Below are positions 1 to 8,215 of a stretch of DNA of 64,000 nucleotides, piece after piece. How positions within the stretch are numbered: the stretch's first letter is position 1; the number at the start of each line of letters is the position of its first letter. The stretch comes from an uncultured Candidatus Saccharibacteria bacterium (GTDB lineage Bacteria; Patescibacteriota; Minisyncoccia; Phycocordibacterales; Phycocordibacteraceae), in contig CAZYDN010000002.1 of the NCBI GenBank assembly GCA_964646315.1, positions 962 through 64,961 on the forward strand, written 5' to 3'. The translations under genes and the position numbers were made by a program. Below the pieces are notes generated by a model. The model did no database searches and was not told the DNA's origin. It saw only the letters and a list, made by a program, of their open reading frames with translations.

Positions 1-109
1 ATATCTCAAAGTTATATCGCGCATCAACTAGAGCCGTTTCTAATACATAAGATTGGCACTGATATAGCCTTTTTTCGGTATACAGAAGACAGCACGGCAG
101 GGGGGGCTA

Positions 110-676
110 ATGTTCATGGAGAAAGAACTTGAAGGACTGAAGTATTTACTGAAAGCCAAGTCTATACCGGATGAATTCTTCTATTTCTGGAATGACGCGA
201 TAAATACGCATAGCTATCCATCAAAGTTGTTGTTGATGTTTTCGGCAACTGAAGCGCTTGCACGCCATCGCGATAAAAAGGAATACAAGAAATATCCTTA
301 TTTAGAGAAGATATTAGGTAAGAAACTAGCAAAGGAGATATTTGCGGAGAGAAACGGGCTTAGAAATCGGTTAGCACATGGGGAATACTTTAATCCTAAA
401 GACGGAAAGAAGAATTACGTTGAAATAGTACATAAGCGAGTAATGGTTTATTTCAATGAGCAGGTTTTCAATAAACCAATCCTCGAGATTGACGTTGTTC
501 AGCCACAACGGCATCCTTTTGGAAACAAGAACGAATCTAAAAATTATATTCGCGCAAAGGCCTCAGCAGGAGAGTTAAAACTAAAATCTATTCTCAAAGA
601 TTTTGACGAAAACGGTATCCGCGGTTTGAAGGACTATGAGTATGAGTATGACAGGACACTTACTGGAAACTATTAG
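110..676 (+). CDS. hypothetical protein with HEPN-like R-x4-HG motif (LRNRLAHGEY); lies in a low-GC region
   Basis: The ORF is intact and preceded by a G-rich RBS. The Rx4H motif was seen in the translation. GC is about 38% against about 50% for the window. No family was recognised. Confidence 0.45.
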   Translation: MFMEKELEGLKYLLKAKSIPDEFFYFWNDAINTHSYPSKLLLMFSATEALARHRDKKEYKKYPYLEKILGKKLAKEIFAERNGLRNRLAHGEYFNPKDGKKNYVEIVHKRVMVYFNEQVFNKPILEIDVVQPQRHPFGNKNESKNYIRAKASAGELKLKSILKDFDENGIRGLKDYEYEYDRTLTGNY

Positions 677-680
677 CCAG

Positions 681-805
681 CTGCATCTTCTTCACGAGCG
701 GCGGTAGCGGCTTCCGTTCTTCTCTTCCAAGTGCATCTTCTTCTGTTGCAATTTGTTCATCAGAAAATTGCATATCCTTCTTCTACCAAACTGTATCTTT
801 TTGAC
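681..805. repeat. intergenic direct repeats TGCAT(C/A)T(C)CTTCTTC, 3-4 copies
   Basis: Copies seen in sequence at 681-695, 731-745, 769-787 and a degenerate one at 791-805. Confidence 0.5.
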
Positions 806-941
806 TAAAACTGAAGAAACGTCTCATCTCAACCGAGCCCCTGTAAAACTGCTCTAGCTACCTCGAGTATCAGTATTCTTCTCAATACTATTCCCCGAAA
901 TCAGTTCGAATCTTAAGAAACTTTTCGCTATACTTGTCTCT

Positions 942-1310
942 ATGAAGCCCGCTAGCGAAGCAACTTTAAAGCGCGTGTACGCAATGATCTTTGCGAAGGT
1001 ATATCCGATGTATATCACCAAGGCAGAGAAGAAGGGGCGAACGAAGGATGAGGTCGATGAAGTCATTCGTTGGCTCACAGGATACACTCAGAGAAAGCTT
1101 GAATCACAGATTAAAAAAGAGGTTACCTTCGAAGCGTTTTTCAAAGAAGCTTCTAAGCTTAATCCCAAACGAAAACTCATCACCGGCATGATTTGCGGTA
1201 TCCGTGTGGAGGATATCGAAGACAAAATTATGCGAGAGGTGCGCTACTTGGACAAGCTTGTTGATGAGCTAGCAAAGGGAAGACCTGTAGAGAAGATTCT
1301 GCGGAAATAG
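942..1310 (+). CDS. small conserved hypothetical protein, DUF2200-like (from memory of the family; unverified)
   Basis: 122 aa ORF. The motif [24 protein letters not shown] resembles DUF2200 proteins. Confidence 0.45.
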   Translation: MKPASEATLKRVYAMIFAKVYPMYITKAEKKGRTKDEVDEVIRWLTGYTQRKLESQIKKEVTFEAFFKEASKLNPKRKLITGMICGIRVEDIEDKIMREVRYLDKLVDELAKGRPVEKILRK

Positions 1311-1582
1311 GGACAGGCGTGCGTCAACAGAGTGCTCGCTGCTTACTAAGATAGCTGTTGCGACTAAAGTAGTCGTGAAGGATTTCCCAATAATTGTTCG
1401 AATATCGTCCCAGACGGCCAGCAATAACGAAAGGCTCCTGACCTCACTTCTTGAGCTAATCGAGTTGTAGAAACAGAAAACCGCCCAACGGACAATTTTC
1501 CGCTAGCGGTTTATTTTTCTCCTATTCTTGAAACGAGTAGGCGGACGGAGAGGGTCTCATCGTCCAATCCTATTGCGTTTAT

Positions 1583-1951
1583 TCAATCGTTGGAAACTTC
1601 CCCGTGACGTGGCTTTACGAGCCCAGACGCACGGTACTGGTTGGTGAGTGAAAAGAGATGAAAGAACCGCGGAAGGGTCAGTATGGCCAGTATCACTGCA
1701 ATGGAAACGCTCACTATGCGAGCGTTTCCATGCAATAGCATGGCGATGCTGGCCAGGGCGACGAGGAGGGCAGAAAGCTCGGCGCAGACTCGGATGAAGG
1801 GACTGGTCTTGAACATCTTCATCTTAGTCCGACTGACCTCGTCGCCTGTATAGATGAGCAGAAAAAAGGTGATGATCGCAAGGGTCCATAGGGGAGTGAA
1901 GAGCGCGACACATAAGCCGACACTCCTGACCCATACGGCTAGTTTCTTCAT
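1583..1951 (-). CDS. hypothetical membrane protein
   Basis: 122 aa ORF with 3-4 predicted hydrophobic helices. Confidence 0.4.
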   Translation of the reverse strand: MKKLAVWVRSVGLCVALFTPLWTLAIITFFLLIYTGDEVSRTKMKMFKTSPFIRVCAELSALLVALASIAMLLHGNARIVSVSIAVILAILTLPRFFHLFSLTNQYRASGLVKPRHGEVSND

Positions 1952-2195
1952 TTCGACCTCCCAGAGAATGAATCTGGTCGAACCTTAGCATGTTAATGAA
2001 AGGGTTCCAATATCATTCCTGACCCCATTCTATCTTCCTCACACATATGCCAAATTGGGGTTACGCCCTCGGACAGCAGCAAAGGAAGTTATTACAGTGG
2101 AGATAAACCCACGGCCGGTCCAGATGCTAGCCTGTAAGAAACGGCTATCTCTGTCGTCTTATATGACACACTCTTTGTATTTATAATTACCTCTC

Positions 2196-3314
2196 ATGAA
2201 GAAACTACTATTCCTATTCGCCTTCATCGCCGTACTCACTATGACCGCGCCCAGTGTGTCTTATGCGTGTAGTCCAGGGCCCGGCTACCCACCATCTGCT
2301 TCAGAGAATCTCACTAAGAGTGATGTGGCTTTTGTAGGTACGGTAAAAAGTGTTGCTCAGGACAAGAGTATAAACGGTGACTACCACGTCACTTTCGCTG
2401 TCGGCGAAACCTATAAGGGTTCTGTAGGTGAGACGGTGACGGTGCGTACTCGCTCGAGCTCTGCTGCATGCGGATACGACGACGGATATGCAGCATTCAA
2501 AGCTGGCACGGTATGGGCTATTTATGCAGACGGAAACGGAACTGACGGCTATTCTACCGACAGTCTTTCTCTAAACAAAAGCTACAGCTCGGTATCAGTG
2601 GCTACTAAAGCTATGGCCGCTCTTGGCTTCACTCCGGTAGACGAGGAAGAGCCAATGGCGTGTACTCTGCAGTACGCTCCTGTGTGCGGAAAGGCAGCCG
2701 ACAACACTATCAAGACGTATGGAAACTCTTGCGCACTTGCAGCAGGAAAAGCCACTCTTCTCTATGAGGGAGAGTGTAGTGTAGACGCACAAGCTCCAAA
2801 GAAAGACTTGCAGCATGGTAGTCGGGGAACAGACGTAACGTGGCTCCAGCACTTTCTTATAGGAAAGAATGTGGGGGCGGCGGCAAGAGCGCTTATGGCG
2901 GTAGGTACTACAGGCTACTTCGGTCAGCTCACTAAGAACGCCCTCGCGGAGTTTCAAGCTGCATTCACAATCACTCCTGCTCACGGATACTTTGGCGTAA
3001 AGACTCGTGCAGTAATAAACGGGAACCTACACACCCCGACGACATTCACCGGCAAACTTTCTGCAGTAGACACAAGCTGCTTTGCTGATGGAGTTTGTAG
3101 CGTTACGGTGGATGGCAAGAAAGTCATTCTTCTTACAGGTATGCGAATCAATATTCCTCCGGTCGGCTCAATTAAGGGAGTAGAGTCCATTGGCGACCTT
3201 GAGAGCAGGATTGGTTCTGAGGTAGAAGTGTACGCTGTCGCGACGGGGGAGAGTGGTGCAGACTACACCCTCTATGGAAGTACCTCGTACTATGTAAAAG
3301 TATTGGGGAAGTAG
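2196..3314 (+). CDS. secreted multi-domain protein: signal peptide, TIMP/NTR-like OB domain beginning at the mature-protein Cys (CSPGP...SSAACG), Kazal-type inhibitor domain (C-x6-PVCG-x5-TYGNSC), peptidoglycan-binding domain (PG_binding_1-like)
   Basis: The signal peptide would be cleaved after SYA, leaving an N-terminal Cys-Ser-Pro as in TIMPs. The Kazal cysteine pattern and PG-binding-like repeats were seen in the translation. A terminator follows. Confidence 0.65.
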   Translation: MKKLLFLFAFIAVLTMTAPSVSYACSPGPGYPPSASENLTKSDVAFVGTVKSVAQDKSINGDYHVTFAVGETYKGSVGETVTVRTRSSSAACGYDDGYAAFKAGTVWAIYADGNGTDGYSTDSLSLNKSYSSVSVATKAMAALGFTPVDEEEPMACTLQYAPVCGKAADNTIKTYGNSCALAAGKATLLYEGECSVDAQAPKKDLQHGSRGTDVTWLQHFLIGKNVGAAARALMAVGTTGYFGQLTKNALAEFQAAFTITPAHGYFGVKTRAVINGNLHTPTTFTGKLSAVDTSCFADGVCSVTVDGKKVILLTGMRINIPPVGSIKGVESIGDLESRIGSEVEVYAVATGESGADYTLYGSTSYYVKVLGK

Positions 3315-3337
3315 AGGAACCTCAACGTACTTAAACA

Positions 3338-3368
3338 TTAAAACCGCCCGAAAGGGCGGTTTTAATTT
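3338..3368. terminator. bidirectional rho-independent terminator (aaaaccgcccgaaagggcggtttt)
   Basis: GC-rich hairpin flanked by A-run and T-run between convergent genes. Confidence 0.7.
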
Positions 3369-3413
3369 TCTCAATTTAGGGATTGTTCTAGATGGCAAGG
3401 TTCTAAATGTGAA

Positions 3414-4430
3414 TTACTTGCTTCCTGGTGCCCTGGAGCGATCAACCGCAATTGCGTACTCTCGCATAATATCTTGAACACTGAACACTGCAATCCCGTA
3501 TCGCCACGAGTTCGCTTCTTTGGGTTCCACTATAGTTTGTGAACGTGCCTGATAGAACAGAAAGAATTCCTCCCCGATTATCCACGAGCTTGCGTGTCCA
3601 TTCTCACCGTTCTCCCATTCTTCCGTATTCTCTGTAGAGAGCACGGGGCCCAAGCTCACGTACGGACCCTTGATATCGTTGGCAATCGCAAAGAACACAC
3701 GCTGTCTTGTCCCGCGTCTCCCTTCAGCTAGAAAACAGGTGGCGTTCAGAAGAATTTTCCCATCGGGGAGGGGTACGACCTCTGGTCCCTCGATACCCCA
3801 TTCGTAATCTGGATGCTCGCGACCATTATGGTGCCACTCAATATCTTCGTGCCGTAAGATTGCCTTTACTCGTTTCCAGTGACCAGACCAATACTCCGTC
3901 GTGCTCTTCGCCAGATATACATCGGGCTGGGGAGCAGGGAACAGATGCGCAGTATCCGCCTTCCTGTCGGGTATGGCAGCGTACACCAGATATTTTCTTC
4001 CAGAAACGGTACAAAGCTGGGGGTCATATAAGCCTGACTCCATTTCACTCGTAGGGCGCATAAGTGTACGCATTTTGGTGAATATGTGCCCGTCTGCAGA
4101 CACCAGGTAGGCAATACCTCCACCAACATGTATGAAATCTTTCTGCACAGCCATGTGGAAAAGATGGTCATCAAAATCGTAAACCACAGATGGTGCCGCC
4201 ACATGAATACCATCGACGCCGCGAAGCACTGCAGGAGCTTGCTCTACCCACGGCCCCTCTATGGACGGGGCGGTTGCATGAAGTATTTCCCATTCCTCGC
4301 TTACGGTCGTACCGCCGGAACCATAGATATGCCAGGTAGTACCATCAAATGCTATACAGGGGTCTTTAACATCCTTAAAATGCGTGGAATCAAATAGAGG
4401 TCCTATTTTTCGTATGGGTGTAAGTGCCAT
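3414..4430 (-). CDS. glycoside hydrolase-like beta-propeller protein (GH43/GH32-like)
   Basis: N-terminal motif DPCIAFDGTTWHIYGSGG and repeated W/Y-rich blades; 338 aa. Confidence 0.5.
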   Translation of the reverse strand: MALTPIRKIGPLFDSTHFKDVKDPCIAFDGTTWHIYGSGGTTVSEEWEILHATAPSIEGPWVEQAPAVLRGVDGIHVAAPSVVYDFDDHLFHMAVQKDFIHVGGGIAYLVSADGHIFTKMRTLMRPTSEMESGLYDPQLCTVSGRKYLVYAAIPDRKADTAHLFPAPQPDVYLAKSTTEYWSGHWKRVKAILRHEDIEWHHNGREHPDYEWGIEGPEVVPLPDGKILLNATCFLAEGRRGTRQRVFFAIANDIKGPYVSLGPVLSTENTEEWENGENGHASSWIIGEEFFLFYQARSQTIVEPKEANSWRYGIAVFSVQDIMREYAIAVDRSRAPGSK

Positions 4431-4568
4431 ACCATCATTCTATCCTTTCAAAAAAATATTGTGCAAATACAACTTCAGGTCGCCTTCATAGTACGTTTGG
4501 TGTACTGAATTCTGCTCAACTACCCATTCTTTCCGTGCCATACTTTAGTAACTAATAATAAAATTGTC

Positions 4569-5045
4569 ATGATTTCAAAAAATACTATCTGTCTCTGGTT
4601 TGAAAAGGATGCATTAGACGCTGCAAATTTTTATGCAGCAACGTTCCCTGATAGCAAAGTAGGAGCAGTTTTTAATGCGCCCAGCGATTTCCCTGGAGGG
4701 AAGAAGGGCGACGTTCTGACTGTCGAATTTACCGTTTGCGGCATTCCTTGCATGGGTCTTAATGGTGGACCGGTGTTTCCCCAAACTGAGGCATTTTCCT
4801 TTCAAATCGCCACGGACTCTCAGGAAGAGACCGATCGTTATTGGAATGTAATCGTAGAGAACGGTGGCAAGGAGAGTGATTGTGGCTGGTGTAAAGATCG
4901 CTTTGGGGTCTCGTGGCAGATTACGCCGCGCACGTTAACTGAGGCGCTTGTAGCTGGCGGGGAAGAAGCGGAGCGGGCTTTTAACGCTATGATGACCATG
5001 CAGAAAATAGACGTAGCGACTATCGATGCTGCACGTAAGGGGTAA
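4569..5045 (+). CDS. PhnB-like / 3-demethylubiquinone-9 3-methyltransferase-domain protein (VOC/glyoxalase superfamily)
   Basis: The N-terminus CLWFEKDALDAANFYAATFPDSKV is typical of PF06983-type proteins. Confidence 0.65.
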   Translation: MISKNTICLWFEKDALDAANFYAATFPDSKVGAVFNAPSDFPGGKKGDVLTVEFTVCGIPCMGLNGGPVFPQTEAFSFQIATDSQEETDRYWNVIVENGGKESDCGWCKDRFGVSWQITPRTLTEALVAGGEEAERAFNAMMTMQKIDVATIDAARKG

Positions 5046-5176
5046 GAGAAGACTCTTATAATTGGCTTGTACATTAAGAATAGATAGTCTCTCTATTATT
5101 GTGTGCGGGCGTATGCCTCGCTTAGAGCAGGAGTGTCTTGAGCCAAAGGTATGTCCCAAGCAGATAGACTGCTGTA

Positions 5177-5833
5177 GTGGTCTATACTCTCTATATGAAA
5201 AGAATGTCCACCGTAGCGCTCTTGGTACTCGGAACGTCATTTTTGGGGATGCTGTTACTTATGCGGTTTGATCCGGACGACTTCGCGCGTCTCGATACTG
5301 CGGCAACTCTGTTTGCCCAGCAGTTTAATACATGGCAATCAGTGGCACCTCTTATCGCGATTACGACCCTTGGTGGTGTATCGGGCATACTCTTACTTAC
5401 AACGCTTGCCGTATTTCTCTCTCGCCGTGATTCACTCCAGGTAGCGCGCCTCATTTCTGTTGTGGCGGGGCAAGCGCTTAGTGTCTCATTCATTAAACTG
5501 TCTTTGGAGCGCGCACGTCCAGAAACCGTCGATTGGATTGGACCTATTCATTCCTATTCTTTTCCAAGTGGCCACGCGACAAGCACCATAGCTTTGGTGG
5601 GAGTAGTAGCTGTGTATATGTTTGCGCGTGCAAAGTCTAGATTGCATCAGGCTGCAATTGTATTGCTTGCAGTACTATTTGTGCTTAGTGTCGGAATGAG
5701 TCGGATTGCGTTAGGTGCTCATTACGCTTCAGATGTACTGGCGGGTTATTTGCTTGGTGGATTCTGGGTTGCGTTCGTGTTTACTCTCCAACCTCCTAAA
5801 AAATGGCGAAAACAAGACACATTATCTGAATAA
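5177..5833 (+). CDS. PAP2-family phosphatase (phosphatidic acid / undecaprenyl-diphosphate phosphatase-like)
   Basis: Motifs PSGH and SRxxxxxHxxxD seen; membrane protein. Confidence 0.75.
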   Translation: MVYTLYMKRMSTVALLVLGTSFLGMLLLMRFDPDDFARLDTAATLFAQQFNTWQSVAPLIAITTLGGVSGILLLTTLAVFLSRRDSLQVARLISVVAGQALSVSFIKLSLERARPETVDWIGPIHSYSFPSGHATSTIALVGVVAVYMFARAKSRLHQAAIVLLAVLFVLSVGMSRIALGAHYASDVLAGYLLGGFWVAFVFTLQPPKKWRKQDTLSE

Positions 5834-5867
5834 ATATTCGCAAGTATCAAGTGTTACACTTTTGCAT

Positions 5868-6287
5868 ATGCCTACCTATAATCTCTGGATTACCGCAGTC
5901 TCAATGATTCTCTCAGTCGTACTGGGCTTTCTCTGGTACGGTCCGCTCTTTGGTAAGCAGTGGATGGAGCTTTCCGGTATAAAAATGCCCGAAGGAAAAC
6001 CTTCACTGCGCGTCATGATTAAACCTATTGTGCTGTCACTGGTGGGTTCATTTGTGCTGGTGTTTGGGTTGGCTTCAGTCACCGCGTTTCATAATGCGTA
6101 CTGGCACGTGACGGGGTATGCAACTGGATTATCTTTTGCTGTATTCCTCTGGCTTGCCTTTATTGTTCCGCCGTATTTGAACTTCACAGGATGGGAGGGA
6201 AAGCCATGGAAACTTTTCTTCATTAACTCAGGCTATTGGCTCGTCTACTTACTTTTGGTTTCTGTCCTTCTTACCACATTCGGCTAA
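5868..6287 (+). CDS. DUF1761-like membrane protein
   Basis: The start was chosen at the first ATG after the PAP2 gene stop. The ORF-track start at 5715 overlaps the PAP2 gene in another frame. Confidence 0.45.
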   Translation: MPTYNLWITAVSMILSVVLGFLWYGPLFGKQWMELSGIKMPEGKPSLRVMIKPIVLSLVGSFVLVFGLASVTAFHNAYWHVTGYATGLSFAVFLWLAFIVPPYLNFTGWEGKPWKLFFINSGYWLVYLLLVSVLLTTFG

Positions 6288-6296
6288 ACTTTCTCC

Positions 6297-6884
6297 ATGA
6301 AGCTAAATCAAAAAAACATATCGATTCTCGTAATTCTTTTGTTACTTATTGTAGGTTTCTTTATTTGGAAACTGCAGATGCCTGGTAAAGCAGAGGAAAT
6401 TGTTTCGATGGATTTTAAAAATAGTACGTACCGCATTGAGGGTCAGCCGGTTCAATTACAGAATGGTCGTGCAGAGACAGAACTGGCTCCCGGTTCAGCT
6501 TCAAAAATGGTTACACAGTATTTCGGAAACGAACTTCGTACCGACCTTAATGGGGATGGACGCGAGGACGTGGTGTTTCTCCTAACTCAAGCACCGGGAG
6601 GAACAGGAGCCTTTTACTACGCCGTAGCGGCACTCAATACCCCCGAAGGCTGGAAGGGTTCCGATGGGTATTTGCTAGGCGACAGAATTGCCCCTCAGAC
6701 CACTGAAGTAAGTCAAAATCCAAAACATAAAAACGTTATCGTTGTAAACTATGCTGACCGTGAGGCTAGCGAGCCGATGACTACCGCGCCTTCAGTAGGG
6801 AAGAGTGCATACCTCAAACTTGATCCCAGCAGTATGCAGTGGGGAATAGTTGTGGCTAATTTCGAAGGAGAATCGGCGAGATAA
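6297..6884 (+). CDS. hypothetical membrane-anchored periplasmic protein
   Basis: N-terminal TM helix; a terminator follows immediately. Confidence 0.5.
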   Translation: MKLNQKNISILVILLLLIVGFFIWKLQMPGKAEEIVSMDFKNSTYRIEGQPVQLQNGRAETELAPGSASKMVTQYFGNELRTDLNGDGREDVVFLLTQAPGGTGAFYYAVAALNTPEGWKGSDGYLLGDRIAPQTTEVSQNPKHKNVIVVNYADREASEPMTTAPSVGKSAYLKLDPSSMQWGIVVANFEGESAR

Positions 6885-6885
6885 T

Positions 6886-6912
6886 AAAAGGAGGCGATTT
6901 CTCGCCTCCTTA
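6886..6912. terminator. bidirectional terminator (aggaggcgatttctcgcctcctt)
   Basis: Perfect 9-bp stem between convergent genes. Confidence 0.65.
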
Positions 6913-6929
6913 GTTTCGCTCAGCTTCGG

Positions 6930-7355
6930 TTATAAGAGTGTGCGGAACTGCACTTTCACACCGGAATGCGGACCTTTTCCCCACTGCGGAGTACGCAGGT
7001 GCTTCCGGAACAGATCCTGAATTTCAGGTGAGGGAAGCAGAGGAACTTGCACATGTGCGGTACACGGAAGACATACCTCGCCATCTACGTTCACCCACGC
7101 AATAGTTCGATCACAAGGACTGAAAATCTCAGCGCATTCCCGTAGATTGTTGAATCGAACCTTGAGCCACAGTCCCGTTTGGCTCGAAAGCTCAGCCGTG
7201 AGTGACTCCAAATTCCGTTGGAATTGCCCCACGTATCTGCTCCCGACACCCTCCCATGAACAAAACATGTTCAAGAGGTAGGCGACTGCCCGATTCCTAC
7301 GCCTTTTGGGTATTCTGAACATTTCTGTTCCCTTCATTTGCTGGTCTCCTGGCAC
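6930..7355 (-). CDS. hypothetical Cys-rich protein
   Basis: ORF only; an alternative start exists at MFRIPK. Confidence 0.35.
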   Translation of the reverse strand: MPGDQQMKGTEMFRIPKRRRNRAVAYLLNMFCSWEGVGSRYVGQFQRNLESLTAELSSQTGLWLKVRFNNLRECAEIFSPCDRTIAWVNVDGEVCLPCTAHVQVPLLPSPEIQDLFRKHLRTPQWGKGPHSGVKVQFRTLL

Positions 7356-7415
7356 ACTATCATTTGGACAAAGTAATGTATATGACTGATCGCATTTGCT
7401 ACAATTGACGCAATC

Positions 7416-7763
7416 ATGCCCTCACTTCGTACTCTAGAAGGTAAGAAAGCGTATCAAGAATATCTGGCACAAACACCAGTTTCTGGTACCTGCCCACTGT
7501 GTGAAAAGTTTGCTCTCCGGACCTTTAAATTATGGAAAATTGTGCCTAATGCTTTCCCATACGACGCAATCGCAAAAGAGCATCATATGCTTGTGCCGCT
7601 GCGTCACAGTACGGAAGCCGAACTGACTGTAGACGAAATTATGGAACTTTCAGGAATTAAGAATCATGCTGTAGATCAAGACTACGATTGGATTATTGAA
7701 GCGATGCCGAAGAATAAATCTATTGCCGATCACTTTCATTTGCACCTTATAGTGGGGAAGTAA
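7416..7763 (+). CDS. HIT-family (histidine triad) protein
   Basis: C-terminal H-F-H-L-H-L triad. Confidence 0.6.
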   Translation: MPSLRTLEGKKAYQEYLAQTPVSGTCPLCEKFALRTFKLWKIVPNAFPYDAIAKEHHMLVPLRHSTEAELTVDEIMELSGIKNHAVDQDYDWIIEAMPKNKSIADHFHLHLIVGK

Positions 7764-7774
7764 AAAACAGTAGG

Positions 7775-8152
7775 GTGAAGACTTCAGAAACCCTTCATGA
7801 AGGAGAGTGTATGATTATAGGTATGATACTTTCACTTTTCGTTGGGTTTATTCTCGGGGGAGCTGCACTCCTATTTGCACTCCAAAACACGCAGACAGCC
7901 GCACTCACCTTTATGGGGTGGCAGTTCGAGAGCTCGCTCGCCGTTCTTATTATTGTGGCAATTATCGCGGGTATTCTCATAAGCATTCTTGCTACGCTCC
8001 CGTCTGCAGTGAACGCCAGTTTTAAAATCATGAGCCTTAAAAAAGAGAATAAGCGATTGGTAAGTGAAATAGAGGATCAGCAGCAGGCCAAAAGAAATGC
8101 ACAAATTCACTCAGAAAGAGCAGACGCGACTACTATTGACCTACGAAACTAG
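7775..8152 (+). CDS. LapA-like (DUF1049) inner-membrane protein with coiled-coil tail
   Basis: Two TM helices then a charged helix. An alternative start exists at 7811. Confidence 0.5.
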   Translation: MKTSETLHEGECMIIGMILSLFVGFILGGAALLFALQNTQTAALTFMGWQFESSLAVLIIVAIIAGILISILATLPSAVNASFKIMSLKKENKRLVSEIEDQQQAKRNAQIHSERADATTIDLRN

Positions 8153-8215
8153 AACCGTTCGATATTAGTTTTACGTGCTGGATTTGTTGTTGAGGCCCTT
8201 GCTATACTTTGAGGC

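Noticed and set aside
5715-5867. Longer form of the DUF1761 ORF
   Set aside because: It overlaps the PAP2 gene out of frame for 120 bp. The shorter start at 5868 is preferred.
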